From positions 19,916,351 to 19,980,350 of the forward strand of contig NC_057718.1 of the NCBI RefSeq assembly GCF_004010195.1: 64,000 nucleotides of DNA. The letters are read 5' to 3'. How positions within the stretch are numbered: position 1 is the stretch's first letter; each line of letters opens with the position of its first letter. Shown piece after piece: positions 63,500-64,000 of this stretch. The DNA comes from Chiloscyllium plagiosum. Its lineage: Eukaryota. A program made the position numbers and the translations under genes. The notes below the pieces were generated by a model. That model did not search any database and was not told the origin of the DNA. It saw only the letters and a program-made list of their open reading frames with translations.

Positions 63500-64000
63500 A
63501 CGGTGAAGAGGATAGTGATAATCTTCAAGACACAGACAGACAGTCTGGTCAAATGAGAAAGGTAAAACTTTAATGCAGAGAAATGTAGAAGTGACTGATC
63601 TAAATATCAAGATCAAGGGTAAACGTTTAAAAAGGGTGCAGGAAAAAGATACCTGTGTATAAGTCAGTGAAGGTGACAAGCAGGTTGGGAAAGTGATAAT
63701 AAGGGATCCTGGACTGAATGATTAATGTCAGAATTCAAAAGCAAGGAAGCCCTAGTAAACCTGTACAAGACATGGGTTGGGCCACAAGTGGTACAGTGTG
63801 TCCAGCTTTTGCCACTTCACTTTAGGGAGCATGTGAAGGTTTTGGACAGAGTGCAGAAAAGACTTCATAAAAATGGCTTCTGGAATGAGGGACTTCAGTT
63901 ATGTGGACAAATTGGAGAAGCGGAGGATTTTTCTTCGGAGGAGAAATTAAACAATTTTATAGAGGTGTTCAAAACATGGGGTCTGGGCAGAGGAGATAGG
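63500..64000 (+). mobile_element. Degraded CR1 3' region (runs off the window)
   Basis: ctgtacaagacatgggttgggccacaagtgg...agagtgcagaaaagacttc...atagaggtgttcaaaa. Confidence 0.75.

Overview
Vertebrate genomic DNA, almost certainly a shark or other elasmobranch (HE1-type V-SINEs, shark-type CR1 LINEs). The whole window lies inside BIRC6 (BRUCE/Apollon) on the minus strand. I resolved 11 consecutive coding exons (62189 down to 984; 2075 nt, all GT-AG, reading frame continuous across every junction). They encode the C-terminal region up to the start of the UBC domain; the gene continues beyond both window edges. The ~30.4 kb intron (14976-45356) holds a nested antisense gene missed by the 60-aa ORF track: a 50-codon single-pass membrane micropeptide ORF (25465-25617, +) that I recognise as megamind/TUNAR family, with candidate upstream non-coding exons in a TE-poor island. 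The introns are otherwise filled with CR1 and L2 LINE fragments (one near-full-length decayed CR1), tRNA-derived SINEs and many Penelope-like fragments. Several Penelope fragments are fold-back structures with target-site duplications and carry minimal type-I hammerhead ribozyme cores from three sequence families. There is one 424-N assembly gap. Comparisons with human proteins are from memory, not from a search; repeat boundaries are approximate.
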